Positions 48,267-58,618 of a stretch of 64,000 nt of DNA are shown one piece after another (position 1 is the first letter of the stretch; each line of letters begins with the position of its first letter). The notes beneath the pieces are model-generated. The model was given only the letters and a program-made list of their open reading frames with translations. It was not told the origin of the DNA and did not search any database. Source of the DNA: Alphaproteobacteria bacterium (GTDB lineage: Bacteria; Pseudomonadota; Alphaproteobacteria; UBA828); NCBI GenBank assembly GCA_965214705.1, contig OZ243972.1, forward strand, positions 768,001 through 832,000. The letters are read 5' to 3'. The translations under genes were made by a program, and so were the position numbers.

Positions 48267-50261
48267 TTGCCGAAGATCAGCCAAGAGGACTATCAGCAGC
48301 GACTGGATCGGCTCACCGAGATCTTTGCGGATATCGTGAGCCATGCCGACGAGCAGGCGACGCACCGCTGCCCCTACCGCGACGCCCGCGACCGCTGCAC
48401 GGCGGCCTTCTCGTGCGGCAACCAGATTCCCGCCGTCGAGAAGGGCGCGCCTGCAACCTGTGGCCACGACGGCACCTTCGACTACAGCCTGGCGTGGGAA
48501 ACGGATCCGGCCACCCGTGAGCGCGCGAAGACGAAGCTCGGCGCGATCAAGCAGGCCGCCGCCGCGCGGCGGGAGGGCGCGGCACCGCCGACGGGGCCGG
48601 GCACCGTCTCCCACGACGGCAAGACTCAGCCGCTCGCCATAGGCATGACGCTCTTCGACTGCGCCGACGAGCTTGCCGTCGAGGTACCCACATCGTGCCA
48701 GCGCAACGGCCGCTGCCACGAATGCGTGGTCGAGGTGAGCGCGGGCGAGGCCGCCCTCTGCGCCCGCACCGAGGCAGAGGGATTTCTGCGTGCGCCCTAT
48801 CGCCTCGCCTGCCAGGCGATGATTGAGCGCGACGACATCGACGTGGCGTTCGCGCCGCTCCGCCGCCGACCGCGCATCCTGGTGCGCGCCCATGCCGACG
48901 CGGCCGGCGCGTCCGAGACCATCGATCCTCTCGTCACGCGGCGGGGCGACGAGGTGCTCTACGACGGCGAGGTGGTGGACCGCTACCGGGGACAGATGCT
49001 CGGGCTCGCGGTCGATCTCGGCACCACCACGGTGGTGCTCGACTTCGTCGACTTGGAGACCGGGCGGAGCGTGCACAGCGCTGCCTTCGAGAACCCGCAG
49101 GCCTTCGGCGGCAGCGACGTGATGCACCGCATCTCCTACGACCGCGACGACAAGGCCGGCGAGCTGCAGAAGGCCGCAGCGTCGGCCATCAACCGCGCCA
49201 TCGTTGACGGCTGCGCTAGGCTCGGCACCAACCGCCAGGCGATCTACGAGATCGTGATCGCCGCCAACTCCACCATGCGCGACATCCTGTTCAAGCTGGA
49301 CGTCCAGGGGATCGGCCAGAAACCCTACAAGTCCTCCATCGAGCACGCCTTCCTGGCCGGCGAGCGCGCGAACACGGCACTCAGCGCCCGCGCGCTGCGG
49401 CTTGGACTGCGCGCCAACCGCGCGGCCCGCGTCTATGGGCTGCCGTTGATCGCCAGCCATGTGGGAGGTGATGCGGCCGCCGCCTTGGTGGCGCTGGAAG
49501 AAGGCTTCGCCGACGCCGATACCGCGATGCTGGTGGACATGGGCACCAACACCGAGGTCGTGCTCAAGCACCGGGGGCGGATGCTCGCCGCCTCGTGCCC
49601 GGCGGGGCCGGCGTTCGAGGGCGGTCTGGTGCGCTACGGCATGCCGGCCTGCGACGGTGCGATCGAAGCGGTCCGCCTCGGCGCCACCGGCGAGGCCAGC
49701 TACGAGACCATCGGCGGCAAGGAACCGCTGGGCCTCTGCGGCTCTGGTTTGATCGATTTGCTGGCGGAACTTCGGCGGAGTGACGTGCTCACCGCCAAGG
49801 GCGTCTTCACCGCGGACCGCAAGCAGAGGGAGATGACCGTGGTGCCCGAGCAGGGGATCACCTTCTCCAAGGAGGACGCCAGCAATCTTGGTCAGGCCAA
49901 GGCCGCCAACTACTGCGGTCAGTACATCGTCATGCGCGCGCTCGGCGCCGATCCCGCAGACATCGAGAGCCTCTACCTAGCAGGTGGCTTCGCCAACTAC
50001 GTGAACGTGCGCAACGCCCAGTTCATCGGCCTGCTGGCGCCGGTGCCGGAGGAACGCGTCGTCAAGGCCGGCAACGCGGCGGCGCGGGGCGCCCGGGCGA
50101 TCCTGCTCTCGGCCACCCGGCGGCACGCGCTGGAGCGCGAGGTCCAGGCCATCGAGCATATCGAGCTGGAGACCACGCCCGATTTCTTCGACCTCTTCGT
50201 GGACGGCTGCCAGTTCAAGCCGATGCCAACGCACCTCGTGCCGGAAGGAACCGCCGCATGA
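48267..50261 (+). CDS. ASKHA-type reductive activator of corrinoid proteins (RACo/DUF4445) with 2Fe-2S domain
   Basis: CQRNGRCHEC...RLAC ferredoxin, VDLGTTTV, NPQAFGGSDV, DMGTNTE, AGPAFEG, GLCGSG, AGGF, GNAA; TTG start assumed. Confidence 0.88.
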   Translation: MPKISQEDYQQRLDRLTEIFADIVSHADEQATHRCPYRDARDRCTAAFSCGNQIPAVEKGAPATCGHDGTFDYSLAWETDPATRERAKTKLGAIKQAAAARREGAAPPTGPGTVSHDGKTQPLAIGMTLFDCADELAVEVPTSCQRNGRCHECVVEVSAGEAALCARTEAEGFLRAPYRLACQAMIERDDIDVAFAPLRRRPRILVRAHADAAGASETIDPLVTRRGDEVLYDGEVVDRYRGQMLGLAVDLGTTTVVLDFVDLETGRSVHSAAFENPQAFGGSDVMHRISYDRDDKAGELQKAAASAINRAIVDGCARLGTNRQAIYEIVIAANSTMRDILFKLDVQGIGQKPYKSSIEHAFLAGERANTALSARALRLGLRANRAARVYGLPLIASHVGGDAAAALVALEEGFADADTAMLVDMGTNTEVVLKHRGRMLAASCPAGPAFEGGLVRYGMPACDGAIEAVRLGATGEASYETIGGKEPLGLCGSGLIDLLAELRRSDVLTAKGVFTADRKQREMTVVPEQGITFSKEDASNLGQAKAANYCGQYIVMRALGADPADIESLYLAGGFANYVNVRNAQFIGLLAPVPEERVVKAGNAAARGARAILLSATRRHALEREVQAIEHIELETTPDFFDLFVDGCQFKPMPTHLVPEGTAA

Positions 50262-51286
50262 CCACCCCGCTGCTCATCGTCATCGGCGAGAACATCCATT
50301 GCACCCGCGTCGCGCTCCGCAAGGGCAAGCGCATCGCCGAACGCGACGGTGCCGAGGTGATCCTCTACGAGAGTGCCGAGGGCGAAGAACGCGCGCTGCC
50401 GGTCACGGCGGAGGCGAAGCGGACCAAGGACTACGAAGAGGGGCGGGTCAAGCACGTTCAGGTCGCGATCGAGACCGCGATGGAGACGGCGGCAGGTGAT
50501 CCGGCCGAGGGCCTGCGCTATATCGAGGCGCAGGTCCGCCATCAGGAGCGCGCGGGCGCGGCCTTCCTCGACCTCAACGTCGACGAGATCGCGCCCAAGC
50601 TCAGCGTGCAGACCGGCGCCATGGCCTGGCTTGCCGAGACAGTCCAGGGGATGACCGACCTCCCGATTTCCGTCGATTCCTCCAGCGTCGACGTGATCCG
50701 CGCTGGCCTCGAGGCCATCGCGCCGGCAAAGGTGCGCCCGATGCTCAACTCCGCCTCGCTGGAGCGGTTGGACGCGCTCGACCTCGCCCGCGAGCACGAC
50801 TGCCGCGTGGTGGTGACCGCCGCCGGCGAGAAGGGGATGCCGGATGGTGCGGACGAGCGGGTGGCGAACGCGTCCCGCATGGTCGAGGCGGCCCTGGGGC
50901 GGGGCTTCGCCGTCGGCGATCTCTACATCGACCCGCTGGTCTTCCCGATCTCGGTTGACTCCCGCTTCGGCAACCACTGCTTTGACGCGATCCGCGCCCT
51001 GCGCGCGCGCTTCGGCGGCGAGGTCCACATCACCGGCGGCATGAGCAACGTCTCGTTCGGGTTGCCGGCCCGCAAGATCCTCAACGATATGTTCGTCCTG
51101 CTCGCAATGGAGGCCGGCGCCGACAGCGGCATCCTCGACCCGGTGGCGAGCCCGCCAGAGGCGATCCTCGCCATCGACCGCACGGACCCCAACTACAAGC
51201 TCGCCGAGGACGTGTTGATGGGACGGGACGAGCACTGCATGGAATATATCCGCGCCTGGCGGAAGAGCAGGCGCAAGGCCAAGTGA
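50258..51286 (+). CDS. Methyltetrahydrofolate:corrinoid methyltransferase (pterin-binding, AcsE/MetH-folate-domain-like)
   Basis: IGENI, LDLN, ISVDS, MLNS, IDPLVFPI, GMSNVSFGLP; ATGA coupling. Confidence 0.87.
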   Translation: MTTPLLIVIGENIHCTRVALRKGKRIAERDGAEVILYESAEGEERALPVTAEAKRTKDYEEGRVKHVQVAIETAMETAAGDPAEGLRYIEAQVRHQERAGAAFLDLNVDEIAPKLSVQTGAMAWLAETVQGMTDLPISVDSSSVDVIRAGLEAIAPAKVRPMLNSASLERLDALDLAREHDCRVVVTAAGEKGMPDGADERVANASRMVEAALGRGFAVGDLYIDPLVFPISVDSRFGNHCFDAIRALRARFGGEVHITGGMSNVSFGLPARKILNDMFVLLAMEAGADSGILDPVASPPEAILAIDRTDPNYKLAEDVLMGRDEHCMEYIRAWRKSRRKAK

Positions 51287-51299
51287 AAAAGAGACACCC

Positions 51300-51701
51300 A
51301 TGACCGAGACCGAGCGGCCGCCGCAAATCGAGCCCGCGCTTCGCACGCTGGCCATGCCCGCCGACGCCAACCCCAACGGCGACATCTTCGGCGGCTGGGT
51401 GCTGGCGCAGATGGACCTCGCCGGCGGCGTCGTGGCGGCGCGGCGCGCCGGCGGGCGCATGGTCACGGTGGCGGTGGAGGCCATGCGCTTCCACGCGCCC
51501 ATCGCCGTCGGCGACCTCGTGACCTGCTACGCCCGGGTGACGAAGACCGGAACGACCTCGATCACCGTCGACATCGAGACCTGGGCGCGCCGGCGACGCG
51601 GCACCGAGGAGGTGAGAGTGACCGAGGGCACCTTCATCTATGTCGCCATCGACGACAACGGCCGTCCCCGCCCTCTGCCCGAAGAACCGCCGGAGCAGTG
51701 A
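51300..51701 (+). CDS. Acyl-CoA thioesterase (YciA-like hotdog fold)
   Basis: MPADANPNGDIFGGWVLAQMDLAG, YVAID. Confidence 0.92.
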   Translation: MTETERPPQIEPALRTLAMPADANPNGDIFGGWVLAQMDLAGGVVAARRAGGRMVTVAVEAMRFHAPIAVGDLVTCYARVTKTGTTSITVDIETWARRRRGTEEVRVTEGTFIYVAIDDNGRPRPLPEEPPEQ

Positions 51702-51722
51702 CGGCAGCGGCGCTCCAGCTGG

Positions 51723-53255
51723 TCAGGAGCGGGCGCTGACGGTGGGGTCGTTAGTCGGGTCCAGGCCGCGGATGACGGTGCAGGGCATCGGCGCGGCGCG
51801 GAGCACCTTGCACGCCCGGCTGGCGTCGTTCTTGTAGAGCCCGAGAAAGCGCGCTCGGTAGAGGGTGCCGCGTCCGTCTGCGAGAGGCACCAGGGTCGCC
51901 GTCGCATCGCTGAGGAGCGGGGCGCGCACCGATGCTCGGCGCATGGCGATTTCCGCCGCAGTGACCGACTCGTAGGCGCCCACCTGGATGGCCCAGGGGC
52001 CGCCCACCGCCGGTGCTGCTGCGAACGTCTTTGTCGGAGACGGCGCTGGGGTCGCGACCGCCGGCTGCGCGGCCTCAAGCGCGGCGACCTCTGGCGTCGC
52101 GGCACCGGGCTTCAACGGCGGGGGCTGGGGAGGCGGCGGGCCCGAGGCGATCTCGATCGGTGTCTCCGGTGCGCGCGGGGCCGGTGGCGGCTCCTCGGCG
52201 ATCTTAATTGGCTCGGGCGGCGGCGCTGCGTCACCTTCGACCAGCTCGGGCGGCTCGGCCGCGGCAACCATAATGGCCACTGGCTTGAAGCGCGGCGCCG
52301 GCGCGGCGAGGCCGGAGCCTCCCGGTGGGCGCGGAATGCCCGCGTAACGCACGCGGCCGCGCTTGGCATCGTTCTCGGCGATCCGCGTGAAGCCGAGGTC
52401 AAGCAGGTTGGACATGTGGGCGTTGCGCGAGCGCGCCGTCTTGCCGCCGAAGACCACGGCGATGACCCGCCGGCCGTCCCGCTCCGCCGAGGCCACGAGG
52501 TTGAAGCCCGAGGCGCGGATATAGCCGGTCTTGATGCCGTCCATGCCGCGATAACGGCCGAGCAGCCGGTTGGGCGAGCGATGCTCGCGCCCGCGATAGC
52601 GGAAGCGCTTGTCGTCGAAATAGTGGTAGCGGTCCGGGAAGTCGCGCATGAGCGCCTGGGCGAGGCGGGCCATGTCTCGTGCCGTGCTGCGCTGCTTCCG
52701 GTTCGGCAGGCCCGACGCATTGCGGAAGGTGGTTCGGGACATGCCGAGCGCCTTGGCCTTCCTGGTCATCTTCCTGCCGAACTCGACCTCCGTGCCGCCC
52801 AGCGCCTCGGCGACCACCACGGCGATATCGTTCGCCGACTTGACGACCAGCGCCTTGATCGCGTCCTCGACACGGATCGTCGAGCCGGCCCGCAGCCCGA
52901 GCTTGGAGGGCGACTGCCCCGCCGCCCGCTTCGAGACCTTCAGCTTCGAATCGAGGCTGAGCTTCCCGTTGTCGACCGCCTCGAAGAGCAGATAGAGGGT
53001 CATCATCTTGGTCAGCGAGGCCGGGTACCGCCTTATGTCGGCGTTGCGTGAGCGCAGAACCTCGCCGGTTTCTGCGTCGATGACGATGGAGGCGTAGCGC
53101 GCGTGCGCTTCTTCGGCGGCGAAGACCTGCGATATGGCGAGAATGCAGAGCGCGAGTGCGAGACTGAGGACGATCGAGCCCGGACGCAAAGTTCTTCTTC
53201 TTCGCCGTGTTCCCACGCCCGCCCCGCCGCTGCCGCCAGCGAATCGACTGAACAC
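51723..53255 (-). CDS. D-alanyl-D-alanine carboxypeptidase (S11) with Pro-rich linker and SPOR domain (start uncertain)
   Basis: PASLTK (SxxK), SAND (SxN), KTG; WAIQVGAY...YRARF. Confidence 0.9.
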   Translation of the reverse strand: MFSRFAGGSGGAGVGTRRRRRTLRPGSIVLSLALALCILAISQVFAAEEAHARYASIVIDAETGEVLRSRNADIRRYPASLTKMMTLYLLFEAVDNGKLSLDSKLKVSKRAAGQSPSKLGLRAGSTIRVEDAIKALVVKSANDIAVVVAEALGGTEVEFGRKMTRKAKALGMSRTTFRNASGLPNRKQRSTARDMARLAQALMRDFPDRYHYFDDKRFRYRGREHRSPNRLLGRYRGMDGIKTGYIRASGFNLVASAERDGRRVIAVVFGGKTARSRNAHMSNLLDLGFTRIAENDAKRGRVRYAGIPRPPGGSGLAAPAPRFKPVAIMVAAAEPPELVEGDAAPPPEPIKIAEEPPPAPRAPETPIEIASGPPPPQPPPLKPGAATPEVAALEAAQPAVATPAPSPTKTFAAAPAVGGPWAIQVGAYESVTAAEIAMRRASVRAPLLSDATATLVPLADGRGTLYRARFLGLYKNDASRACKVLRAAPMPCTVIRGLDPTNDPTVSARS

Positions 53256-53377
53256 TCTTTATGGGTTGTCGGTAGCACGCCCGTCAAGCACGAGCTGTGG
53301 GAAAAGGTCTGGAAGTGCTTGATTCAGTGCAATCTCTGCCTGGCCTGGGCGCCTGCGTATGCTGTGGACAACGCGGA

Positions 53378-54772
53378 CTAGAAGTCGGGCGGCTCGACCC
53401 CGCTCGCCCGCAGCTGAGCCGCGAGATCCATCTTCATGCACTCCAGCGCTGCGGCGTCCTCCGCCTCGCAACGCGCCACCAGCATGGGCTGGGTGTTCGA
53501 TGCGCGCAGCAGCCACCAGCCGTCCGGGCTCTCGGCCCTCACGCCGTCGATGGCGGTGAACGTCGCGCCCGCAGCCGTGAGCCGGTTTCCAATTTCGTCG
53601 GCGACCCGGAACTTGCGCTCGTCCGGACAGGGAAAGCGGACCTCGGGCGTGCTCACCAGTTGCGGCAGTTCGGCCCGCAAGGCCGTGGGCGAGCGCCCCT
53701 CGCCGGCGACCAGCTTGAACAAGCGGAGAGCGGCGTAGAGCGCGTCGTCGAAGCCGTAATAGCGGTCGGCGAAGAAAATGTGGCCGCTCATCTCGCCGGC
53801 GAGCGGTGCGCCGCACTCGGCCATCTTCGCCTTGATCGGCGCATGGCCCGTGCGCCACATCAGCGGCGTGCCGCCGAGGCGGGCGATCTCGTCGAAGAGG
53901 ACCCGGCTCGCCTTGACGTCGCCGATGACGGTCGAGCCGGGCCGTTCGCGCAGCACCTCGCGCGCGAGCAGGGCCACCAGTTGATCGCCCCAGAGGATCG
54001 CGCCGGCCCCGTCCACGACCCCGATGCGGTCGCCGTCGCCATCGAAGGCGATGCCGAGATCGCAGCGCTCGGCCCGCACTGTCTCGATCAGCTGCGCCAG
54101 GTTCTCGGGCACCGTGGGGTCCGGGTGGTGGACGGGGAAGGTCCCGTCGACCGCATCGTTCAGCAGGATGTGGCGGCCCGGAAGGCGGCTTACCAGCGCG
54201 CCGAGCACCGCGCCGGTGGCTCCGTTGCCGGCATCCCACGCAACGGCGAATGGCTGTTCAACGACCTCGGCGAGAAGACGCGCGACATAGGCGTCGCGAA
54301 CGTCGTCATCCTCCGTCGCCCTGCCGGCGCCCTCGGCAAACGTGCCCTCCTGCACGATGAGCGCCAGCGCCTCGATGTCGGCGCCATGAAACGGTCCGCC
54401 GCCCAGCACCATCTTCACGCCGTTGTAGGCCGGCGGGTTGTGCGAGCCCGTAATCATTATCCCGCCGTCGCACCGGCGGTCGTGGACGGCGAAATAGAGC
54501 ATCGGCGTCGGGCCCGCGCCGATGCGAAGAACGTCGGCGCCAGCAGCGCTCAACCCCTCGATGAGATGGGCTTCCAGCTCCGGCGAGCTCAGCCGGCCAT
54601 CGCGCCCCACACAAATCTTCGGCGGCCGATCGATGGTTGCACGTTGCCGCGCGATGGTGGCGAAGCCCCTGCCGATGGCTGCCATGTCGGCCCCGCTCAG
54701 CGTCTCGCCGACGATGCCCCTGATGTCGTAGGCGCCGAGGATCGCCGGATCGAGCGTATGCCCCGCGCTCAT
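53378..54772 (-). CDS. Phosphomannomutase/phosphoglucomutase
   Basis: AYDIRG, TGSHNP, FDGDGDR, GEMSGH, RASNTQP. Confidence 0.94.
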   Translation of the reverse strand: MSAGHTLDPAILGAYDIRGIVGETLSGADMAAIGRGFATIARQRATIDRPPKICVGRDGRLSSPELEAHLIEGLSAAGADVLRIGAGPTPMLYFAVHDRRCDGGIMITGSHNPPAYNGVKMVLGGGPFHGADIEALALIVQEGTFAEGAGRATEDDDVRDAYVARLLAEVVEQPFAVAWDAGNGATGAVLGALVSRLPGRHILLNDAVDGTFPVHHPDPTVPENLAQLIETVRAERCDLGIAFDGDGDRIGVVDGAGAILWGDQLVALLAREVLRERPGSTVIGDVKASRVLFDEIARLGGTPLMWRTGHAPIKAKMAECGAPLAGEMSGHIFFADRYYGFDDALYAALRLFKLVAGEGRSPTALRAELPQLVSTPEVRFPCPDERKFRVADEIGNRLTAAGATFTAIDGVRAESPDGWWLLRASNTQPMLVARCEAEDAAALECMKMDLAAQLRASGVEPPDF

Positions 54773-56085
54773 GGGGAGACCGCAGGCCGGCCGATGCTCA
54801 CGTAGCGAAGGCCGGCGGCCGCCATCTCGGCCGGCTCGTAGATGTTGCGGAGATCGACCACGAGCGGGGTTCGCAACTGGCTCTGCGCGCGCTCCAGGTC
54901 GAGCGCCCTGAACTCGTTCCACTCCGTGAGGATGACCAGCGCGTCCGCGCCCGCCATGGCCTCGTAGGAGTCGTTGCACCACACCACGCCGTCGAGCAGG
55001 GCGCGCGCTTCCGCCATGCCGGCGGGATCGAAGGCGCGCAGCGTCGCCCCTCGCTCCATAAGCCCCGGCAAAATCACGAGACTCGGGCTCTCGCGCACAT
55101 CGTCCGTGTTGGGCTTGAAGGTGACGCCGAGCACGGCGATGGTCTTGCCCGCGACAGAGCCACCGCAGGCCTGCACGATCTTGTTCACCATCGCCGCCTT
55201 CCGCGCGGCGTTCGTGCGAAGCACCGCGTCGACGATGGCGCTCGGCGCGCCGGCTTCCTCGGCGATGCGGACGAAGGCCGCGGTGTCCTTGGGGAAGCAC
55301 GAGCCGCCGAAGCCGGGGCCCGCGTGCAGGAAGTACCGACCGATGCGGCCGTCGAGGCCGATCCCCTTGGCCACGTCCTGCACGTCCGCGCCGAGGCGCT
55401 CGCAGAGGTCGGCGATCTCGTTGATGAATGTGATCTTGGTCGCGAGGAAGCAGTTGGCAGCGTACTTAATGAGCTCCGCCGTCTCCAGCGTGGTGAAGAG
55501 CACCGGCGTTTCGATCAGGAAGAGCGGCCTGTAGAGCGCCCGCATGACCGCCTGCGCACGTTCGGACTCGACTCCGACGACGACGCGGTCGGGGCGCATG
55601 AAGTCGCCGATCGCCGAGCCTTCGCGCAGGAACTCCGGGTTCGAGACCACATCGAACGCGGCGTCCGGCCGACGCTCCCGGATGATGCGCGCGATCTCAC
55701 GCCCGGTACCGACTGGCACGGTCGATTTCGTCGCGACGACGGTGTAGCCGTCGAGAGCGTCCGCGACCTGACCGGCCGCCTCGAACACGAACGAGAGGTC
55801 GGCATAGCCGTCACCCCGCCGGCTAGGCGTGCCGACCGCCAGCATCACCACGTCGGCCGCCGGCACGGCCTCGGCGATGTCGCCGGTGAAGGTGAGGCGG
55901 CCGGCGGTGACATTGGCGGCAAGCAGCGCCTCCAGCCCCGGCTCGTAGATCGGCACGCACCCCGTACGGAGCGCCGCAATCCTTTCCGGCTCGGCATCGA
56001 CGCAGGCGACGGAGAAGCCGAATTCCGAGAAACAGGTGGCAGACACCAGACCGACGTAACCGGCCCCGATCATCGCGACGCGCAT
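54769..56085 (-). CDS. ugd: UDP-glucose 6-dehydrogenase
   Basis: GAGYVG, KSTVPVG, NPEFLREG, GFGGSCFPKD, FKPNTDD. Confidence 0.95.
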   Translation of the reverse strand: MRVAMIGAGYVGLVSATCFSEFGFSVACVDAEPERIAALRTGCVPIYEPGLEALLAANVTAGRLTFTGDIAEAVPAADVVMLAVGTPSRRGDGYADLSFVFEAAGQVADALDGYTVVATKSTVPVGTGREIARIIRERRPDAAFDVVSNPEFLREGSAIGDFMRPDRVVVGVESERAQAVMRALYRPLFLIETPVLFTTLETAELIKYAANCFLATKITFINEIADLCERLGADVQDVAKGIGLDGRIGRYFLHAGPGFGGSCFPKDTAAFVRIAEEAGAPSAIVDAVLRTNAARKAAMVNKIVQACGGSVAGKTIAVLGVTFKPNTDDVRESPSLVILPGLMERGATLRAFDPAGMAEARALLDGVVWCNDSYEAMAGADALVILTEWNEFRALDLERAQSQLRTPLVVDLRNIYEPAEMAAAGLRYVSIGRPAVSP

Positions 56086-56125
56086 GGCGATGCTCCCCGA
56101 AAACGATCCCGCGCGAAGGGCCGCC

Positions 56126-57001
56126 CTACGAGGAGGGCGTCACCTCTCGCAGGAATGACAACAGCTCCTGCCTCAGTTCGGGCCGTTCCATGGCGCAGGC
56201 GATGGTCGCCTGAATGGCCCCCGTCGGGCTGCCGCAATCGAAGCGACGGCCGTTGAAGCGGACGCCATGAAACTGTTCCTCCCGCGCCATCGCAGCCATG
56301 GCGTCGGTCAGCTGAATCTCGCCGCCTGCGCCGGGCTCCTGCGTGGCAAGCCGTGCGAAGATGCCCGGTTGCAGGACGTAGCGGCCGATGAGCGCGAGCC
56401 GCGACGGCGCGCGCGGGGGGGCGGGCTTCTCCACCATACCCGCAAGCGGGAGGGCTCCGCCTTCATCCTCGCCCGCGACCTCGACGATCCCGTACCGGCC
56501 GGTCTCGCTCTGCGGCACCTCGGCAAGCGCCACGACGCTGCCGCCGGTCCGGCCGTGAACCTCGACGAGCTCGGCAAGGCACGGCGGGTCGTCGAGGAGC
56601 AGCTCGTCGGGCAGCAGCACCGCAAACGGCTCGTCGCCCACCAGATCGCGCGCGCAGAGAACGGCATGGCCCAGGCCCAGCGGTTCCTCCTGGCGCACGA
56701 AGGCGGCGCTGCCGGGCGCGAGCACGGCGCCCGCGGTCACCGCCAGAGCAGCATCGTCGCCGCGCGCAGCGAGATAAGCGTTGAGCGCTTCGTCATGCTC
56801 AAAATGGTCCCTGATCGTCGCCTCGCCCCGGCCCGTGACGAAGATAAATTCTTCGATCCCCGCAGCCTGTGCCTCCTCGACCGCATACTGGATGAGCGGC
56901 TTGTCGACTACCGGAAGCAACACCTTGGGCACCGCCTTGCTCGCAGGCAGGAAGCGCGTGCCCATGCCGGCGACGGGGAGCACAGCCTTCCTAACCCGCA
57001 T
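56126..57001 (-). CDS. galU: UTP-glucose-1-phosphate uridylyltransferase
   Basis: KAVLPVAGMGTRFLPASKA, PLGLGHAV, VEKP, GEIQLTDA. Confidence 0.94.
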   Translation of the reverse strand: MRVRKAVLPVAGMGTRFLPASKAVPKVLLPVVDKPLIQYAVEEAQAAGIEEFIFVTGRGEATIRDHFEHDEALNAYLAARGDDAALAVTAGAVLAPGSAAFVRQEEPLGLGHAVLCARDLVGDEPFAVLLPDELLLDDPPCLAELVEVHGRTGGSVVALAEVPQSETGRYGIVEVAGEDEGGALPLAGMVEKPAPPRAPSRLALIGRYVLQPGIFARLATQEPGAGGEIQLTDAMAAMAREEQFHGVRFNGRRFDCGSPTGAIQATIACAMERPELRQELLSFLREVTPSS

Positions 57002-57094
57002 TCCTCACCACGCTGACCTGGGTCGGTGGAGGCGGAGGTGTGCCACGGCGGCCGGAGCACGGCAAGCACGGCGGCACTCGCGGCGTCGCGCGAC

Positions 57095-57841
57095 TCAGCC
57101 GCCCAGCAGCAGCTCCTTCGCCTGGTTGATCTTGGCCGCGAGGTAGTTGGAGCCGCCGTGATCGGGGTGGAGCTTGCGCATGAGCGTGCGGTGCGCCTCC
57201 TTGATCTCCTCCGCCCCGGCCCCAGGCTGGAGGCCGAGGATCTCGTAGGCCTCCTCGCGGGTCATCGGCGTGCGGGCGCCAGCGGCCCTCTTGCGCCCCC
57301 AGCCCTGCCCCGTGCCGGCACCGGCGCTTTGCTCCTGCTCCGCCCGCGCCTCGGCGCGCTCGCGCCAATCGGCGCCGAGAATCCGGTCCATATAGGCCTC
57401 GAGCAGCCGCCGGCCCTCGTCGTCCCGCAAGCTGCACTCCTGGAACAACTCGAGAAGCTGCGGCTCCGAAAGCTCGTCGAGGCGGGCCCCGGCATAGCGG
57501 CCCTGGAGCACCGTGCCCTCCATTTCGCCGCTGTCATGGTCCAGCGTCATGCGCAGATAGGGGGTCTCGACATCCGATTTCTGGCCGGCCGTGGGATGCG
57601 GGTTCATCCGACCCGCGGCAAAGCGGCTCATGAGCCAGGGCAGCCCGGTGATCGCGAGCGGCAGGAAGGCGAGATTCGCCTTGCCGGTCACGGCGAGGAA
57701 GATCGTGGCCGCAGCGCCGGCAGCGATGAAGCCCCACTTGACCCACTTCGCGAGGCTCGAGGGATTGGCCGTGGCGAACCAGCGGCTGAGAAACACGACC
57801 AGCACCAGGAGCGCGATCCCGAGGAGGACGTAGGTGATCAT
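57095..57841 (-). CDS. Membrane-anchored protein with C-terminal Pam18/Tim14-like J domain
   Basis: N-terminal transmembrane segments; [12 protein letters not shown]...[18 protein letters not shown]. Confidence 0.88.
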   Translation of the reverse strand: MITYVLLGIALLVLVVFLSRWFATANPSSLAKWVKWGFIAAGAAATIFLAVTGKANLAFLPLAITGLPWLMSRFAAGRMNPHPTAGQKSDVETPYLRMTLDHDSGEMEGTVLQGRYAGARLDELSEPQLLELFQECSLRDDEGRRLLEAYMDRILGADWRERAEARAEQEQSAGAGTGQGWGRKRAAGARTPMTREEAYEILGLQPGAGAEEIKEAHRTLMRKLHPDHGGSNYLAAKINQAKELLLGG

Positions 57842-57892
57842 CGGAGGGCGGGGTCTAGCGAGCCGGGCGACGGAAGCGCAGGAGGGGCAGGC

Positions 57893-58603
57893 TCATTTGA
57901 TCTGATGAGCGATCTGCAACACCGCCTCGCCGCGCTGGCGGCTGTAGTCCTTGAGCGCCTTGCGCCCGCCGGCGGCGTAGACCGCGACTGCGCCCAAGAG
58001 CTCCTTGAGCTGGCGCGCGCTCGACGCATCGAAGCGCAGATAGGCGCCGTTGGTGAGCCGCGCGATCTGGCGAAAGGCCAATGATGCCGACGGGTCCGGC
58101 CCCTCGTGGAACATGAAGGCGGGAACCCCGCGCAAGCCGAGCTCGCCGGCGATGGCGCAGAGCTCGTCCACGTTCTCTTCCATGGCGTCGCCGACGAAGA
58201 CCAGCGCGTGGACCTTCTGGACCTGAGTCTCGTCCAGGGCGTGGCGCAGCACCTTGCGGATCTGGGTGTGGCCGCCGAGGCAACGGACGGCGGTCATGAC
58301 GCGCACCAGCGCCCGCGAATCCCGCACCCACTTGCTCGCCTTGCACTCGCCGAAGCCGCGATAGTAGACGAGCTGCACCGAGAGCCCACCGAGTGAGGCC
58401 GTGGCGTCGAACATCTCCCCCTGGATCTGGCAGGCGCGATCCCAGGTCGGCTCCCGGCTCGCCGTCGCGTCCATCGCAAACATGAGGCGCCCGGTTTCTC
58501 CCTGCTTGACCGGCGGCGGGGTCGTCGCGACCCGGCGCAGGAAGGCATCCACGTCAGCGCTGTCGTTTTGGCCCTTCGTCGGCAGCTTTCGGTCACGGGT
58601 CAT
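57893..58603 (-). CDS. vWA-domain protein
   Basis: MIDAS DATAS, GGHT, FVGDA. Confidence 0.82.
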   Translation of the reverse strand: MTRDRKLPTKGQNDSADVDAFLRRVATTPPPVKQGETGRLMFAMDATASREPTWDRACQIQGEMFDATASLGGLSVQLVYYRGFGECKASKWVRDSRALVRVMTAVRCLGGHTQIRKVLRHALDETQVQKVHALVFVGDAMEENVDELCAIAGELGLRGVPAFMFHEGPDPSASLAFRQIARLTNGAYLRFDASSARQLKELLGAVAVYAAGGRKALKDYSRQRGEAVLQIAHQIK

Positions 58604-58618
58604 CGCAGGCTCCCCCTC

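Noticed and set aside
52000-52330. Pro/Ala-rich low-complexity stretch
   Set aside because: Ordinary linker between the peptidase and SPOR domains, not a DNA repeat element.
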